Source: Chrysemys picta bellii (taxonomy: Eukaryota). Taken from it: a stretch of DNA of 64,000 nucleotides. The stretch spans positions 1,116,001-1,180,000 of the forward strand of contig NC_088794.1 in the NCBI RefSeq assembly GCF_011386835.1, given 5' to 3'. Shown in pieces: positions 12,437 to 24,700 of this stretch (its first letter is position 1; every line of letters starts with the position of its first letter). The notes under the pieces were generated by a model that saw nothing but the letters and a program-made list of their open reading frames with translations, had not been told where the DNA came from and did no database searches. A program made the translations under genes and the position numbers.

Positions 12437-13088
12437 CACCAGTTTAATAATACTGCGTAGGGCCCCAGAAATCCTAGGGACGGCCCTGGGGGCGCCAGAA
12501 AGCGGTGCCCTGGCTCGGCAGGGAGGAGCCGCCTTCCGGAGGCACCGGGGAGCCAGAGCGTCGGCGAGCCCCAGCCGTGGAGGAGCCGGCGCGGCGCAGG
12601 GGGGCAGGAGCCCTGCAAAGGCGGCAGCGTTGCTAGCGGGGAGCAGTCGCGTCCCCCCTCCCCTCCTGCCCAGCCTGAGGCCTGGCACCCGCCCCGGGGG
12701 CTCCTGCAGGCTGCAGCAGATGCATGCAGGCAGAGGCCCCCGTGTGCCCCCCAGCTCCTCCCTCGCCGCGCTCGGGCTCTGCGGCTCCCGGGCATGTGAG
12801 CCGCCGCCCGGGCGCGGGGCCCTGAGCCTGTGCGAGGGGCAGCAGCGGCCGCTCACACTCCTGGGAGCCGCAAAGCCTGAGCGCAGCGAGGGGAGAACTG
12901 GGGGGGCACACGGGGGCCTCTGCCCACATGCATCTGCTGCAGGAGCCCCCAGAAGGCAGCTCCTCCCTGCCGAGCTGCTGCAGCGGCCGAAGTCCGGCAA
13001 AGCCAGTGAGATGTGCTGGGGGGGAGGGGGAGGGGCGCGCAAGGTGGAAGTTTCGCCTAGGGTGCAAAATATCCTTGCACCGGCCCTG
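12437..13088. mobile_element. Non-autonomous hAT-like DNA transposon fragments
   Basis: Two CAGGGCCG-type termini on the - strand (~12488 and 13088) with GC-rich internal sequence. Confidence 0.4.
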
Positions 13089-13488
13089 CTGTCAGGTAAT
13101 TAGTGTCTGACCCGACCACAACTTCCTGCAGCTGGAAACATTTAACATCGATACGAACATTTAAAATGCTTAAAACGTATAATTTTGCAGAGCTGAACAC
13201 TGAAATAAGCGATTCAAGTAAAAATCAGAAAAAATGCGTAAACCGAAGCGAGCTAGTCCGGCAACGCGAGAACAAGGCTGCCTAGATTCTGCCAGGCTTT
13301 TAACGGGGCTGCTTCTGATCGTGAGCGAGGCCTTGGCCCAGCCAGGTTCCCGCCTCACCCCCTGTTCTCGCCCAGCCTGGGCTTCCCCAACCCTCTCCCG
13401 GAGACTCCCCTGGCCGGAGGGGGACTCGGCCCCGAGAACTGGAACAAAACTCCAGCCAAGGCAGGTGCGGGAAATGACAGCGAGCCTG

Positions 13489-13952
13489 TGTGACGGAGCA
13501 GGGAGTGGGGCGGACTGACCTGGGGATGTCGCAGGGGAGTTTTACTGGGACTGTCTGCATTGGTGCTGGATGGGGAGGGGATACCAGGGTGGGACTTCAC
13601 CTGAGCCTGTAACCTGAGCCCAGGAGGGGAGTGGGGCCAGGTGACACCTTCTGTCCCAGAAACTGGACAAAGGCTGGGGGAGGAGCCGGGGGGGAGGCTG
13701 GGTGAGACGGCTGGAGAGTTGCAGTTTGGAGCTGGCTGGGGAAACAGAGGGAGCCCAAGGGCTGGGGTCTCGGCTCCCTGCCCCCCAAGATGGACCTGAC
13801 TGAGGGATCCCGTTTTCCATACCTACAAGCTCTGGTCTGGACCGTGTTCCTGTCGTCTAATAACCCTTCTGTGTCACTGGCTGGCTGAGAGTCCCGGGGA
13901 ATCGCAGGAAGTGGGGGTGCAGGACCCTGTCTCCCCCTCACACTCTGTGACA
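13489..13952. mobile_element. Solo LTR, same family as 6246-6692, opposite orientation
   Basis: TGTGACGG...TGTGACA; TSD GCCTG/CCCTG (4 of 5 match); shared ctgtcgtctaataa..actggctggctgagagtc core. Confidence 0.7.
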
Positions 13953-14799
13953 CCCTGTTCCAACCAGCCAGAGGAATTCCCGGGGCTTGGCTGGCCGGTG
14001 GCCGCACAGAGCTAGCGGGGCAAGCCGAGGCTGCAGGCCCTCTGGGATCGACGGGCTGGGGGCTGACACCCCCAGCTCAGCGCAGACACGGGGAATCTCC
14101 GGCCCTGGCTGGAACAAAGCGCAGGCGGGCTGGTGCCTAGAGCTGGCCGAGGAACGTGTGGGACAGAACAAGGCCCAACGCCCCCATGACTGGCCCAACT
14201 CACCTGGGAAAAAGGCAGGACCTGCCCCGGCGCGGGAGGACTCGCAGCCTTCGAGGCAAAACTTCAGGGAACCCCAAGAGCTGTTTCCTTGCAGAGGCCG
14301 TGGAGAACAAGCCCAGCGCTGAGCTCCCGGCCGACGCCCCTGCCCTGCGCCCCTAGGACGCGTGGCCACGGAATGAGGAAACAGACGAAAGATAAACTCC
14401 TGCAGTCCTTGTTTATGTCACTTTCCGCTGCAGCCGCTGGAGCCTGCGTCGGGGCGGAGAAGAAACGGGGCAGGGCCCTCATGGGACTCCCTGGATCTCG
14501 GCTGGATTCTCTGCTTCGGGCTCAGCCCCTGGGTCCCAGCTGGGCCGGGAAATGATCTGGGAACGTGACCCCAACAGGCTCAGAACAAGGAGCCCCCCCC
14601 ACACACACACACACACACACCCCACCAGTGCTGCTGTTTAAAATCTCCTGGATTTGGAGGCAGGAGGAGGCGGGAGGGGGCTGCAAACTCTGCAATAACA
14701 GCGCCAGCGTCTGAGCGACCTTTGTGAAACATTCACAGACTTCGCTCGGGACGTGCTCACAGCAGGGCTCCGTGTCCACCGGTTCATCCAGCGCCTGGC

Positions 14800-15225
14800 G
14801 TGACAGGGGCCCCAGGCTGGGCCGGGGTCCATGCGGGTCTGGGCCAGGGCGATGGGGGTCCCTGGCCAGGCTGGGGTCCGGGCCGGGGTCCGGGCGGGTC
14901 TCGGGCAGGGGCGACAGGGGCCCCAGGCTGGGTGGGTCTCAGGCAGGGGCGACGGGGGCCCCAGGCTGGGCGGGTCTCGGGCCGGGCGGGGGTCCGGGCG
15001 GGTCTCGGGCCGGGGCGACGGGGGCCCCAGGCTGGGCGGGGGTCCGGGCGGGTCTCGGGCAGGGGCAACGGGGGCCCCAGGCTGGGCGGGTCTCGGCCGG
15101 GGCGATGGGGGCCCCAGGCCGGGTGGGGGTCCGGGCGGGTCTCGGGCCGGGGCGACGGGGGCCCCAGGCCGGGCGGGTCTCGGGCAGGGGCGACGGGGGC
15201 CCCAGGCCGGGCCAGGGTCCATGCA
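14800..15225. repeat. GC/CpG-rich VNTR with variable units
   Basis: Tandem gggcgacgggggccccaggctgggcgggtctcgg variants. Confidence 0.85.
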
Positions 15226-15550
15226 GCGCCCGGCCCACTTGCAGTTCTGCTCAGAACAAAGGCAAGGTGGCAAGGCGGCAAGGCCATGTTGGATCTGAAT
15301 TGACGACATGACGGGCTGTGCCGGCGGCTCTGTGAGAAGCGAGGGGCTGGGATCCAACACTAGGTCCACCCCACCCCCCCATCACAGCCTCGGCTTGGAT
15401 ACAGACACCCCCACCTCTCTGGCTGGGAGGTCTGTTCCCCACTCTCCCCTTCCCCAACAGCAGGGAACAGGAGAGGGACAGGCCCCAGGCAGAGCCTCTC
15501 CAGGCGCGGGAGAATGAGCCCGACCAGAAGCCAGGGGGACGGGCTCTACT

Positions 15551-17790
15551 GTAACGCTGCTGCCTTTGGCGGGACACCCCTGAGAGCGTCAATTCAGGAC
15601 AAATCGCCCAGAGCCGGGCAGTCACAGCCCAAAGCGGGGGTCCTTTACCATTAAGGCACCAAACCAGCCCGACAGAGAGAACTTCAATGTAAAGGGAAAT
15701 CGCGTCTTACTAATCTATTAGAGTTCTTTGAAGGGGTCAACAAACATGTGGACAAGGGGGATCCAGTGGACATAGTGTACTTAGATTTCCAGAAAGCCTT
15801 TGACAAGGTCCCTCACCAAAGGCTCTTATGTAAATTAAGCTGTCATGGGATAAAAGGGAAGGTCCTTTCATGGATTGAGAACTGGTTAAAAGGCCGGGAA
15901 CAAAGGGTAGGAATTAATGGTAAATTCTCAGAATGGAGAGGGGTAACTAGTGGTGTACCCCAAGGGTCAGTCCTCGGACCGATCCTATTCAACTTATTCA
16001 TAAATGATGTGGAGAAAGGGGTAAACAGTGAGGTGGCAAAGTTTGCAGATGATACTAAACTGCTAAAGATAGTTAAGTCCAAAGCAGACTGTGAAGAACT
16101 TTAAAAAGATCTCACAAAACTAAGTGATTGGGCAACAAAATGGCAAATGAAATTTAATGTGGATAAATGTAAAGTAATGCACATTGGGAAAAATAACCCC
16201 AACTATACATACAATAGGATGGGGGCTAATTTAGCTACAAGGAGTCAGGAAAAAGATCTTGGAGTCATCGTGGATAGTTCTCTGAAGATGTCCGCGCAGT
16301 GTGCCGAGGCGGTCTAAAAAGCAAACAGGATGTTAGGAATCATTAAAAAGGGGATAGTAATAAGACGGAGAATATCTTATTGCCCTTATATAAGTCGATG
16401 GTACGACCTCATCTCGAATACTGCGTACAGATGTGGTCTCCTCATCTCAAAAAAGATATACTGGCACGGGAAAAGGTTCAGAAAATGGCAACTAAAATGA
16501 TGAGGGTTTGGAACGGGTCCCATATGAGGAGAGATTAAAGAGGCTAGGACTCTTCAGCTTGGAAAAGAGGAGACTAAGGGGGGATATGATAGAGGTCTAT
16601 AAAATCATGAGTGATGTGGAGAAAGTGGATAAGGAAAAGTTATTTACTTATTCCCATAATACAAGAACTAGGGGTCATCAAATGAAATTAATGGGCAGCA
16701 GGTTTAAAACAAATAAGAGGAAGTTCTTCTTCACACAGCACACAGTCAACCTGTGGAACTCCTTGCCTGAGGAGGTTGTGAAGGCTAGGACTATAACAGG
16801 GTTTAGAAGAGAACTGGATAAATACCTGGAGGTTAAGTCCAATAATGACTATTAGCCAGGACGTGTAAGGAATGGTGTCCCTAGCCTCTGTCTGTCAGAG
16901 GGTGGAGATGGATGGCAGGAGAGAGATCACTTGATCATTGCTTGTTAGGTTCACTCCCTCTGGGGCACCTGGCATTGGCCACTGTCGGTAGACAGGACAC
17001 TGGGCTGGATGGACCTTTGGTCTGACCCCAGTACGGCCTTTCTTATGTTCGCCAAAAGTGTCGGTTGTGCAATGAAAACAGGGAATGATTATTCTTATGT
17101 ATGGGTAACCAGAAGTTATAAAAACAATTCCCTCAGACACTCCAGTTTCCCAGTATCACCACCAGTGCCACTCCTTATAGGGACGAATGGTTATGAAAAA
17201 TAAAAAATGTTCTCCCGATCCCAAAGGACCAAGCCCCAGACCCAGGTCAATATACAAATCAGATCTTACCCACAAATCACGTTGTTGCCGCCAATCCTTT
17301 AGAATCTAAAATCTAAAGGTTTATTCATAAAAGGAAAAAGATAGAGATGAGAGTTAGAATTGGTTAAATGGAATCAATTACATACAGTAATGGCAAAGTT
17401 CTTGGTTCAGGCTTGCAGCAGCGATAGAATAAACTGCAGGTTCAAATCAAGTCTCTGGAACATCCCCAGCTGGGATGGGTCCTCAGTCCTTTGTTCAGAG
17501 CTTCAGTTTGTAGCAAAATCCCTCCAGAGGTATGAAGCAGGATTGAAGACAAGATGGAGATGAGGCATCAGCCTTTTATAGTCTCTTGCCATGTGGTCTC
17601 TGCTTTCTTTGTCCCAAAGACACCGATCCAGCACATGGCCTGGAAAACCTCAGAGCTCTGTCCATAGGCCTGTCCCTGCCTTGCTGAGTCACCAGGTGTA
17701 TCTGCTTCTCTCAATGGGTCAGTTGTAGCTGATGGGCGTTAATGGGCCATCAAGCAGGCTAGGCAGAGCTAATGCCACATTGTCTGTATC
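15551..17790. mobile_element. LTR-like repeat (family A, second copy) interrupted by a CR1 insertion
   Basis: Starts TGTAACG; 15551-15685 and 17120-17790 match 5490-7027. Confidence 0.6.
15687..17049 (+). mobile_element. 5'-truncated CR1 LINE (ORF2 reverse transcriptase remnant plus 3' UTR)
   Basis: [56 protein letters not shown]; in-frame stops; 3' end TTCTTATGTTC. Confidence 0.95.
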
Positions 17791-18129
17791 CCTGCAGCCC
17801 CTTCGCACTGTCCCCACGTGTCTCTGTGCCCCAACTCAGCCACCTCCCTTCCCCCACGTGGCCCTGCTCTGTTCTAGAGCCACAGGGGCCCCTAGTGGGC
17901 AAAAGGTGGAACTGCAGCAACTTTCCTGCAGAAGTTATTTTCTGCGGGGTCGGGAAATTATGCACAGCACATGAATTATGCGCGCAGTGGCACAGAATTC
18001 CCCCCAGGAGTAGAAGGTGACAGGGCAGGAGGGATCCAGGGTTGAAAGTGCCATTTCAGCTCTGAACGAGGCTCCTTTCAGCCCTGCAGAAATTATTCGA
18101 GTTCCTAAAGGAGCCGAGTGCCATGGGTT

Positions 18130-20256
18130 TCATTCCCGGTTCTCCCTTCCCCGCCTCCTGTGCAGACAAAGCACAACGGCAGCCGTGAGAATGATTCCTG
18201 CTCCCAGCACCAGCAGCCGGATGGTCCAGTGATGTGGGGACAGCGTTCGATGTCCGGGCTCAGACTGGGTTGTGTTCCCCTGCAGACCGGGCCGGGTCGT
18301 GTTCTGAGCAGGGGGACCTGAGAGAGAGAGAGAGAAAGAGACATCCTGAGATCTCCTCCCAGTCAGCTCTGTCTGCGGAACTCTGAGGGGCTGCGGGTCG
18401 GGAGTGAGGGGCACCGGCAGAGCTGGGGGGGGGCAGGGCTGGGCTAGCAGGGGCTGCGGGTCGGGAGTGAGGGGCACCGGCAGAGCTGGGGGGCCAGGGC
18501 TGGGCTAGCAGGGGATGCGGGTCAGGAGTGAGGGGCACCGGCAGAGCTGGGGGGGGGGCAGGGCTGGGCTAGCAGGGGCTGCGGGTCGGGAGTGAGGGGC
18601 ACCGGCAGAGCTGGGGGGCCAGGGCTGGGCTAGCAGGGGGCTGCGGGTTGGGAGTGAGGGGCACCGGCAGAGCTGGGGGGGGCAGGGCTGGGCTAGCAGG
18701 GGCTGCGGGTCGGGAGTGAGGGGCACCGGCAGAGTGGGGGAAGGGGAGATGGGGGCGGGGCAGAACTGGGGGACGGGACGGGGATACAGGGGCAGGGCAG
18801 GACTGGGGGACAGGCTAGAAGCGGGGAAGGGGATAGAGGGGCAGGGCAGGATCGGGGGGCAGGCCGGGAGTGGGGAAGGGGATACAGGGGCAGGGCAGAA
18901 CTGGGGGACGGGACGGGGAGACGGGGGCAGGGCAGGACTCGGGGGCAGGGCAGGACTGGGGGGCAGGCTGGGGGCAGGGCAGGGGAGGACGGGGGGGCAG
19001 GACTGGGGGCAGGGAAGGGGATAGAGGGGCAGGGCAGAACTGGGGGCGGGACGGGGAGACGGGGGCAGGGCAGGACTCGGGGGCAGGGCAGGACTGGGGG
19101 GCAGGCTGGGGGTGGGGAAGGGGAGACAGGGGAGGGAAGGGGAGACAGGGGCAGGGCGGGGGGGGGGGGGTACCTGTGACGACGAGGTGGGTCCCAGACC
19201 CCAGCAGCAGACAGGGCTGTCCCGAGAGCAGCAGGACGAGGTGGCAGCGATAGACGCCCGAGTCGTTGCCCCGCAGGGCCCGGATGCTCAGGACGCTGGT
19301 GGAGCCGTTCTCCAGCCGGGCCTGGCCCAGCCCCGTCGCCAGGCGGCCCCGGTGCCAGCTGGCCCTGAGGGCCCCGGGCGGCGGGGGGGGTTCCACAGTG
19401 CAGCTCATCTCCAGGGACGCCCCCTCCGGCCGGGCTGCCCACGGGGGGCGCTGCTGCACCCAGAACTCAGAGCCCCCCAGGCAGCGACCTGGGTGGGGGA
19501 GGAGAGTCAGAGCTGGGAGACGCTGGCCAGGCCCCCTGTGACAGAGTGGGGAGGGGGGCGGGCTGGCCTGGGGATGGGGCGGGGGAGTTGTACTGGGACT
19601 GGGATATCGGGGGTGACTTTACGCTCAGGTATCGTCCCTCAAGTGACCTGAGAGCCCGGGGGGCTGGGGCCAGGTGACACCTGCCCGGAAACTGGCCCAA
19701 GGCTGGGGGAGGAGCCGGGGGGGTGAGATGGCTGGGGATGGGGTTCAGTTTGGAGCTGTCTGGGGAAGCAGAGGGAGGCCCAGCACCGGGGTCTGGGCTC
19801 CCTGCCCCCCAAGATGGACCTGACTGAGGGGTCCTGTTCGCTGTACCTACAAGCTCTGGTTTAGACCATGTTCCTGTCGTCTAATAAACCGTCTGTTTTA
19901 CTGGCTGGCTGATCGTCCCGGGAATCACAGGAAGTGGGGGGTGCAGGGCCTTTTCTCCACCCACAGTCCGTGACACCCCCCACCGAGATCCCCCCCGCCA
20001 CCCAGCCCCCCCACCCTGCACTAGATTGGGGCTCCCTCACCACCCAGCCTCCCCCACCCAAGACCGGGGCCCCCTTGCGGCCCAGCCCGCACCCCCACCC
20101 CCCGAGATCCGGGTTCAGCACCCACCCCCAGAGCAAGGACCAGCCCCTGCCCCGCAGCTCCATGCGTCTGGCGTGGAGGTTTTGCCCCCTGCACTCACCG
20201 CGCTGCCGGGAGCCGCCCGCCAGCCACAGGAGAGTGGCCCAGAGCAGCAGGCGCAT
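18130..20256 (-). CDS. Type I membrane receptor with one V-set Ig domain, TM arginine and 10-aa tail (NKp30/NCR3-like or TMIGD2-like), 186 aa
   Basis: Exons 20256-20199 (signal peptide [15 protein letters not shown]), 19488-19174 ([17 protein letters not shown], phase 1-1) and 18317-18130 (stalk with NTT x2, [34 protein letters not shown]). All GT-AG; 561 nt in frame. Confidence 0.8.
18380..18730. repeat. ~60-bp minisatellite in Ig-gene intron 2
   Basis: Unit ggggctgcgggtcgggagtgaggggcaccggcagagctgggggggcagggctgggctagca; the same unit forms the array at 33990-34935. Confidence 0.9.
18730..19165. repeat. G-rich low-complexity tandem repeat
   Basis: ggggcagggcaggactgggg variants; almost no C/T runs on the + strand. 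Confidence 0.8.
19537..19975. mobile_element. Solo LTR in Ig-gene intron 1, TSD CCCCC
   Basis: TGTGAC...GTGACA termini; same family core as 13489-13952. Confidence 0.75.
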
Positions 20257-20589
20257 GGCGGCCGAGCACCCACCCCACATGCAGCCCCCGGCCCTGGCGA
20301 CGCGATGCCCGGCGGGGGGAGCAGCGGCGCCTTCCTGAGTTTGCAACCAGCCTGGCACGACAGCTCCCCCCATGGGGCCGGCTCCCGCTGCCCCCTGCCC
20401 CACGCCCAGCTGGCTCTGTGGGGCCCAGCACGCGGCTCTGAGCTCAGAGTCCCTGGGGGCAGGAAATGGTCTGGGGGCAGGAAACGGGTTGGGGGAGTGA
20501 CCAGCGGACGAGCTGTGGGCTCTGATGCGGAGACAGGCGCAGGGCAGGAAATGGCAGTGAGAGCCGGGGGGAGGCAGAACTACCCGGCC

Positions 20590-21480
20590 CCCACTCCCAC
20601 ACAGCTCCATGTAGCCAGCCCCACACCCCTGTCTACCCAGCCCCCCTGCCCTCAGCCAGCCAGCGCCCCGCCCCGCCATCCCCATCTAGCCACCCAGCCC
20701 CCGGCCCCACACAGCTCCATGTAGCCACCCCCACACACCCAGTCTATGCAGCCCCCCACCTGCCCCACACCCCCGTCTACCCAGCCCCCCGCCTGCCCCC
20801 ACACCCCCGTCTACCCAGCCCCCACCACACAGCTCCATGTAGCCTGCTCCCACACCCCCATCTACCCAGCTCCTCCTGCCCCCAGCCAGCCAGCCTGCCC
20901 CCAGCCAGCCAGCCCGCCCCCCGCCCCCACATCCCCATCTAGCCCCCCAGCCCCCCACCCACACAGCACCATCTACCCAGCTCCCCACCCCCCCAGGCAC
21001 CCAGCTCCCCACCCCACACAGCTCCATGTAGCCACCCCCACACACCCCGTCTATGCCAGCCCCCCGCCTGCCCCCACGCCTCCGTCTACCCAGCCCCCCG
21101 CCTGCCCCCACACCCCCGTCTACCCAGCCCCCATCACACAGCTCCATGTAGCCACCCCCACACACCCCATCTATGCAGCCCCCCGCCTGCCCCCACACCT
21201 GTCTACCCAGCCCCCCGCCTGCCTCCACACCCCCATCTACCCAGCCCCCACCACACAGCTCCATGTAGCCTGCTCCCACACCCCCATCTACCCAGCTCCT
21301 GCCTGCCCCAGCCAGCCAGCCCGCCCCCACAGCACCATCTAGCCCCCCAGCCCCCCACCCACACAGCACCATCTACCCAGCTCCCCACCCCCCCAGGCAC
21401 CCAGCTCCCCACCCCAGCACCCCTGTCTACCCAGCCCCCCCAATCCCCCCCTCCATCTAGCCAACCCCCCTGCCCCATAT
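20590..21480. repeat. C-rich compound VNTR upstream of the ARH1-like gene
   Basis: Repeated acacagctccatgtagcc / ccccatctacccagc modules. Confidence 0.85.
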
Positions 21481-21757
21481 GCAGCCAGGCCCCTGCCCCC
21501 CATCCAGCCCCCTTCTCGCGGGCTCTGGTTTCTCTGGCCCCTTTAAGGGCGCCTGGCTGCAGCTGGCCCCGGGCCAAGGCCGCGTTTAGAGACAGGAATC
21601 GCTGAGCCAGCGGGGCGGGGGGGCGGGGGGCATACACAGGGACAGACGGACGGACGCAGGGAGGGCCGGACACAAGGACAGACAGGGGGACGGGCAGGGC
21701 CCGGCAGGGACAGACGGACACAGGTGGGCCTGACGCCCCCAGCCAGCTGCAGGCTCC

Positions 21758-24700
21758 ATGGAGGGGACGTAAGTGCCCCCCTCCCCCACCCCAGGCTGTC
21801 CCCAGCCCCGGCCATGGAGCTGAAGGGGGGAGAGAGTTGGGGGGCAGGAATAGGGGGGTGGTTGGTACTTGGGGGGGCCGGACCCCTGACCCCCCCCCAC
21901 ACACACACACTGTTACCCAGGCAGCAGGGCACAGAGTGGCAGGGGGGAGGGGGAGCAGTGGGGGGGTTGGTACTTGGGGGGGCTGGACCCCTGACCCCAC
22001 ACACACTGTTACCCAGACAGCAGGGCCCTGAGCGGTGGGGGGAGGGGGTCTGGTATTTGGGGGACCAGATCCCTGACCCCGTCTCCCCCCAGGGTCCCCC
22101 CCCCGGGCGGCGTACCGGGCGGCCATGGTGCTGAGCGGGGCGGGCGACGCGCTGGGCTACCGGAACCAGCGCTGGGAGTACTGCCCCTCGGGCCCCCAGA
22201 TCCACGCCGAGCTGGCCCAGCTGGGGGGGCTGGGGGGCATCCAGGCCGCGCCCCCCGACTGGCCCGTCAGCGATGACACCGTCCTGCACCTGGCGACCGC
22301 GGAGGCCCTGGCCACCGGTGAGAGGGGCACAGATCTGGGGAGAGGAAAAGGGGGGCACAGATCCAGGGGGTGGGCATGAGGGGCACAGATCCAGGGGGGC
22401 AGAGAAAAGGGGGCTGTGACGGTGCTGCCCGTGGGAGCCAGCTGAGGTCACTCAATCAGGGTGAACTGGAAACAGAACGGGCAGCCAAACCCCAAACGCT
22501 GGTGGATCTTCCAATACTTAGATTTACCAACCAGCCCAAAACAGCCTCTGTAGAACCTCACTGGTTACTCAGAGTCCAACCAACGCAGTTCCCTTAACGT
22601 GCCCAGCGTCCGGCCTCCGTCCAGACACACGTCAGATATGATGATGTTACTTGACAATCTGATCTCATCATATAAAAGAAAAGGTTCTTCCAACCCCAAA
22701 GGATCAGCCACACACCCAGGTCCAATTATAACTTAGATCTGACCCAAAATACACCCTATAGTCAATTCTTATTAACTAAGCTAAAATGTATTAAAAAAGA
22801 AAAGAGAGAGAGTGTTGGTTAAAAGATCAATCTACAGACAGACTTGAATTCAATTCTTGAGGTTCAGACACAGCAGAGATGAGCTTGTCGTTGCCAAAAG
22901 TCCTTTTAGAAATAGTCCAGAGGTTATAGTCCAACGTCCATGATTCAGGGTGGCTCCAGTCAGTGACTGGGGATCTCAATCCTTGTGGCTTAAGGTTTCC
23001 CCCTCTTGAAACCCAAAGCAGATCTGAGATGAAGCAGGATCGTGTCCCAGGGTCTTATGCATTTCCAGCAGCCTTTCGGCCTGAGAAAACAATAGGCTTA
23101 ATTCTCCTTCTCCCAAACATCCTGGCAATTAGCACAGGGTCATTTACCCATTAAACAGTTCAGATCCAGGTTACCACAACCTTCAAAGAGACATAGAGAC
23201 GATAATACTATTTCTCTCAAGTATCCTACCCAGTCGCTACAGTTGGGCCCTGGGTCAGGTCAGTCTGGGAGGTAATTAACTCTTTCTGGCCCTGTCACCT
23301 TCCAATGAGATATTAGATCACACTCAATGTCACAGGGGCACAGATATGGGGGAAGGGAATGGGGGGCACAGACACGGAGGGGAAATCAGGGATCAGGTTG
23401 GGCCGGTTAGCTGGACCCAGAGAAGTTGGGGTGTTGGGGGAGGAAGGGGACTGGCTGGGGGGCCCCAGACTGACCCCTCTCTCTGCCCCCCAGGACTGGA
23501 GGGGGAGGCGTTGCTGCAGGAGCTGGCGCGAGGGCTACGTGGCAGCGATGGGCGACATGGAGGGCAGGAACCCGGCCCCACCAGCATCCTGGGTATGGTA
23601 GGGACACCCCCTCATGCCTGGCACCCCCTGGGCACTGGGGCCCCCCCATGCCCACCAACACCTAGCCCACAGCTGCCTCCTGGGGCCCCCCTCCACTGTC
23701 CCTCCCAGCTGCCCCACGCGCCCCCCGGAGCCTAGCAGCCCCCACGCCTGTGACATGTGGGGGGGCGCGTGGGAGGGTTGTCGGCTATGCATACCTGGGC
23801 TGGGTGTGGTGTGGGGGGCTGGGGACAGGAGGGGGGTGCTATTTTGGGGACCCTGCAGGGCGCCCGTGTGACCCCCACTCTCTCTCCCCCCAGGGACGTC
23901 CCAGCTGCGCCCGGGCGAGCCGGCCGGGTACCGGATCCCCTTCAACCCCAGTGCCACCGGCTGCGGGGCCGCCATGCGCTCCATGGCCATTGGGCTCAGG
24001 TGGGGGGCGGGGCCCCAGGGGCCATGGGGCACCCCGGGGAAGGGGGTGGAGGTGGGGGGTCTCAGGAGGAGACTGGGGACAGAGCATCCAGGAAGATGGG
24101 GGCTCTGGGTCTTGGGGGTCTGGCGGGTGCATCCCAGGGGGCGCTGGGGGGTTCTGGTGTCAGGGGACACCTGGCTGGGGGGCATGACCCTGCACTGCCC
24201 CTGCCTCCCCCAGGTACCCGCGTCCCACAGAGCTGCCGACCCTGATCCGGATCAGCGTGGAGAGCGGGCGCATGACGCACCATCACCCCACAGGTAGGGG
24301 GCACAGGGGCTGGAGGGGAAAACGGTCCCACACTCCCACCCCGGCATCCCCCTCCCCCTTGCAGGGGACTGGGGGGCCGTGTGGGGGGCCATCCTCCCAA
24401 TCTCCCATTGGGGGTTTCTGGGAGGGCTGTGGGAGGTCCCACAGGGAACTGGGGGGGCCCGGTCTGAGCAGTGGCTCTGCCCCCAGGCCGGGGGGGAAGG
24501 GTACCGGCGTCTCTGTGCGGGGCCCCTGATGGACGCTTCCCCGCTGCAGGGTACCTGGGGGCGCTGGCCTCGGCCCTGTTCACGGCCTATGCAGTGCGGG
24601 GGCTCTCCCTGGCGCAGTGGGGGGCCGGCCTGCTGCAGACGCTGCCCCTGGCCCAAACCTACGTGCGGGACGCGGGCATCGACACCCAGCCCAACCTGGA

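Noticed and set aside
14050-14812. Protein-like fragments such as QRQRLSDLCETFTDFARDVLTAGLRVHRFIQRLA*
   Set aside because: In-frame stop immediately upstream and no family I can recognise; could be a pseudogene, and tBLASTx would decide.
22403-22414. Polypurine-tract-like AAAAGGGGGC before the family-B LTR
   Set aside because: Part of a local host repeat; a matching 5-bp TSD shows the element is a solo LTR.
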